Below are positions 63,217 to 64,000 of a stretch of 64,000 nt of DNA, piece by piece. Each line of letters begins with the position of its first letter. Position 1 is the first letter of the stretch. A program made the translations under genes and the position numbers. Under the pieces are notes generated by a model. The model did not search any database and was not told the origin of the DNA. It was given only the letters and a program-made list of their open reading frames with translations. The DNA is from Cenococcum geophilum. Its lineage: Eukaryota. The stretch lies in the NCBI GenBank assembly GCA_050273025.1, contig CP158635.1, positions 25,296,001 through 25,360,000 on the forward strand, in the 5' to 3' direction.

Positions 63217-64000
63217 TGTAACGGAACGGAGTAAGTAATACTACGGTACGTCCTGTTATTGGGCTAGGTATATAGGTATAGATATTAAACAAATCACACA
63301 CGTCGTACTAGTAGAGTATTTGCCTAATAAATTAACTCTAATTATATTCTAAGAATTACTATAAGGAAGGAACTATCTAAGGTAGGAACCGAGGTCCTTT
63401 AAATACATAACCGTACTCCTAAGAAATCCTTCTTATATATAAGGTACGTCTAGTATATAATAGGGTGGTTAGAAATAAATAAATAAGGATTAAATAAATA
63501 ATGCGTTATTTTATCTGATTTTATTTTATTTATTAGTTCTAATAAATAAAGGGTAGATATAAAGGGACACCTCCTAATTAATATACACCCCCTAATTAAT
63601 ACGCGGACACCCCCTATATAACGGAACGGTATAGGGAATACTACGGTACGTCCTGTTAATGGGCCGGGTATATAGGTATAGATATAAAATAATTAATAAC
63701 TATAACTGGTAGAGTATTTGCCTAATAGATTAACTCCAATTATATTCTAAGAATTACTACCATTCCTTATCACATGGCTCTACTGGTTCTATCCTAGACC
63801 GTACTTCCATTAACTAACTAGCTGCTTCCGACTCCTCTCCTAGTAGTCGTAATATTATACTTAAAGCGTCCGTAACACTATCTCCCTCCTCTTTATCTTT
63901 ATCCTCGAAGATTCCTAATATCTCTAAGTCGTCTACTAGAGGTATAATATCCGCTTAATTAATTTAGTTAATATTATTACTTATTATACCTAAAGCAATT
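63217..64000 (-). mobile_element. Two partial LTRs (63217-63460, 63617-63877) of the 1315 family separated by DNA-transposon end fragments; internal region runs off the window
   Basis: Aligns with 1315-1850, including PPT rc ctatctccctcctc. Confidence 0.85.

Noticed and set aside
1..64000. Starship captain (DUF3435 tyrosine recombinase), gasdermin, rRNA or tRNA genes
   Set aside because: No supporting motifs recognised by eye; a heavily RIPed copy could be missed without an HMM search.

Overview
Filamentous ascomycete (Pezizomycotina-type) genomic DNA; the species cannot be named from this window. About 90% is a deeply nested, RIP-mutated transposon graveyard (TpA excess, CpA/TpG depletion, Trp/Gln/Arg codons turned to stops). 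It holds at least four Ty3/Gypsy elements, a Ty1/Copia element, several solo LTRs with 5-bp TSDs, a hAT, a Fot1/Pot-like Tc1/mariner, an AcademH-like element (DUF6589-type transposase, RecQ-like helicase and duplicated cargo) and a Helitron2-like non-autonomous element. One ~3 kb un-RIPed island (11.2-14.2 kb) carries a caspase-like + subtilisin-like (S8) fusion gene with a degenerate S8 triad, facing an NB-ARC fragment. Most notable: (1) a 1.03 kb non-autonomous non-LTR retroposon (60900-61933, minus) whose first 84 nt fold by eye into a complete HDV-like ribozyme starting exactly at the TSD boundary; (2) two related non-autonomous LTR elements sharing a structured LTR core, one carrying a WW + coiled-coil + zinc-finger ORF instead of gag-pol; (3) a ~12 kb inversion shown by three elements whose halves lie on opposite strands. 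All translations and foldings were done by hand; no database searches were run.
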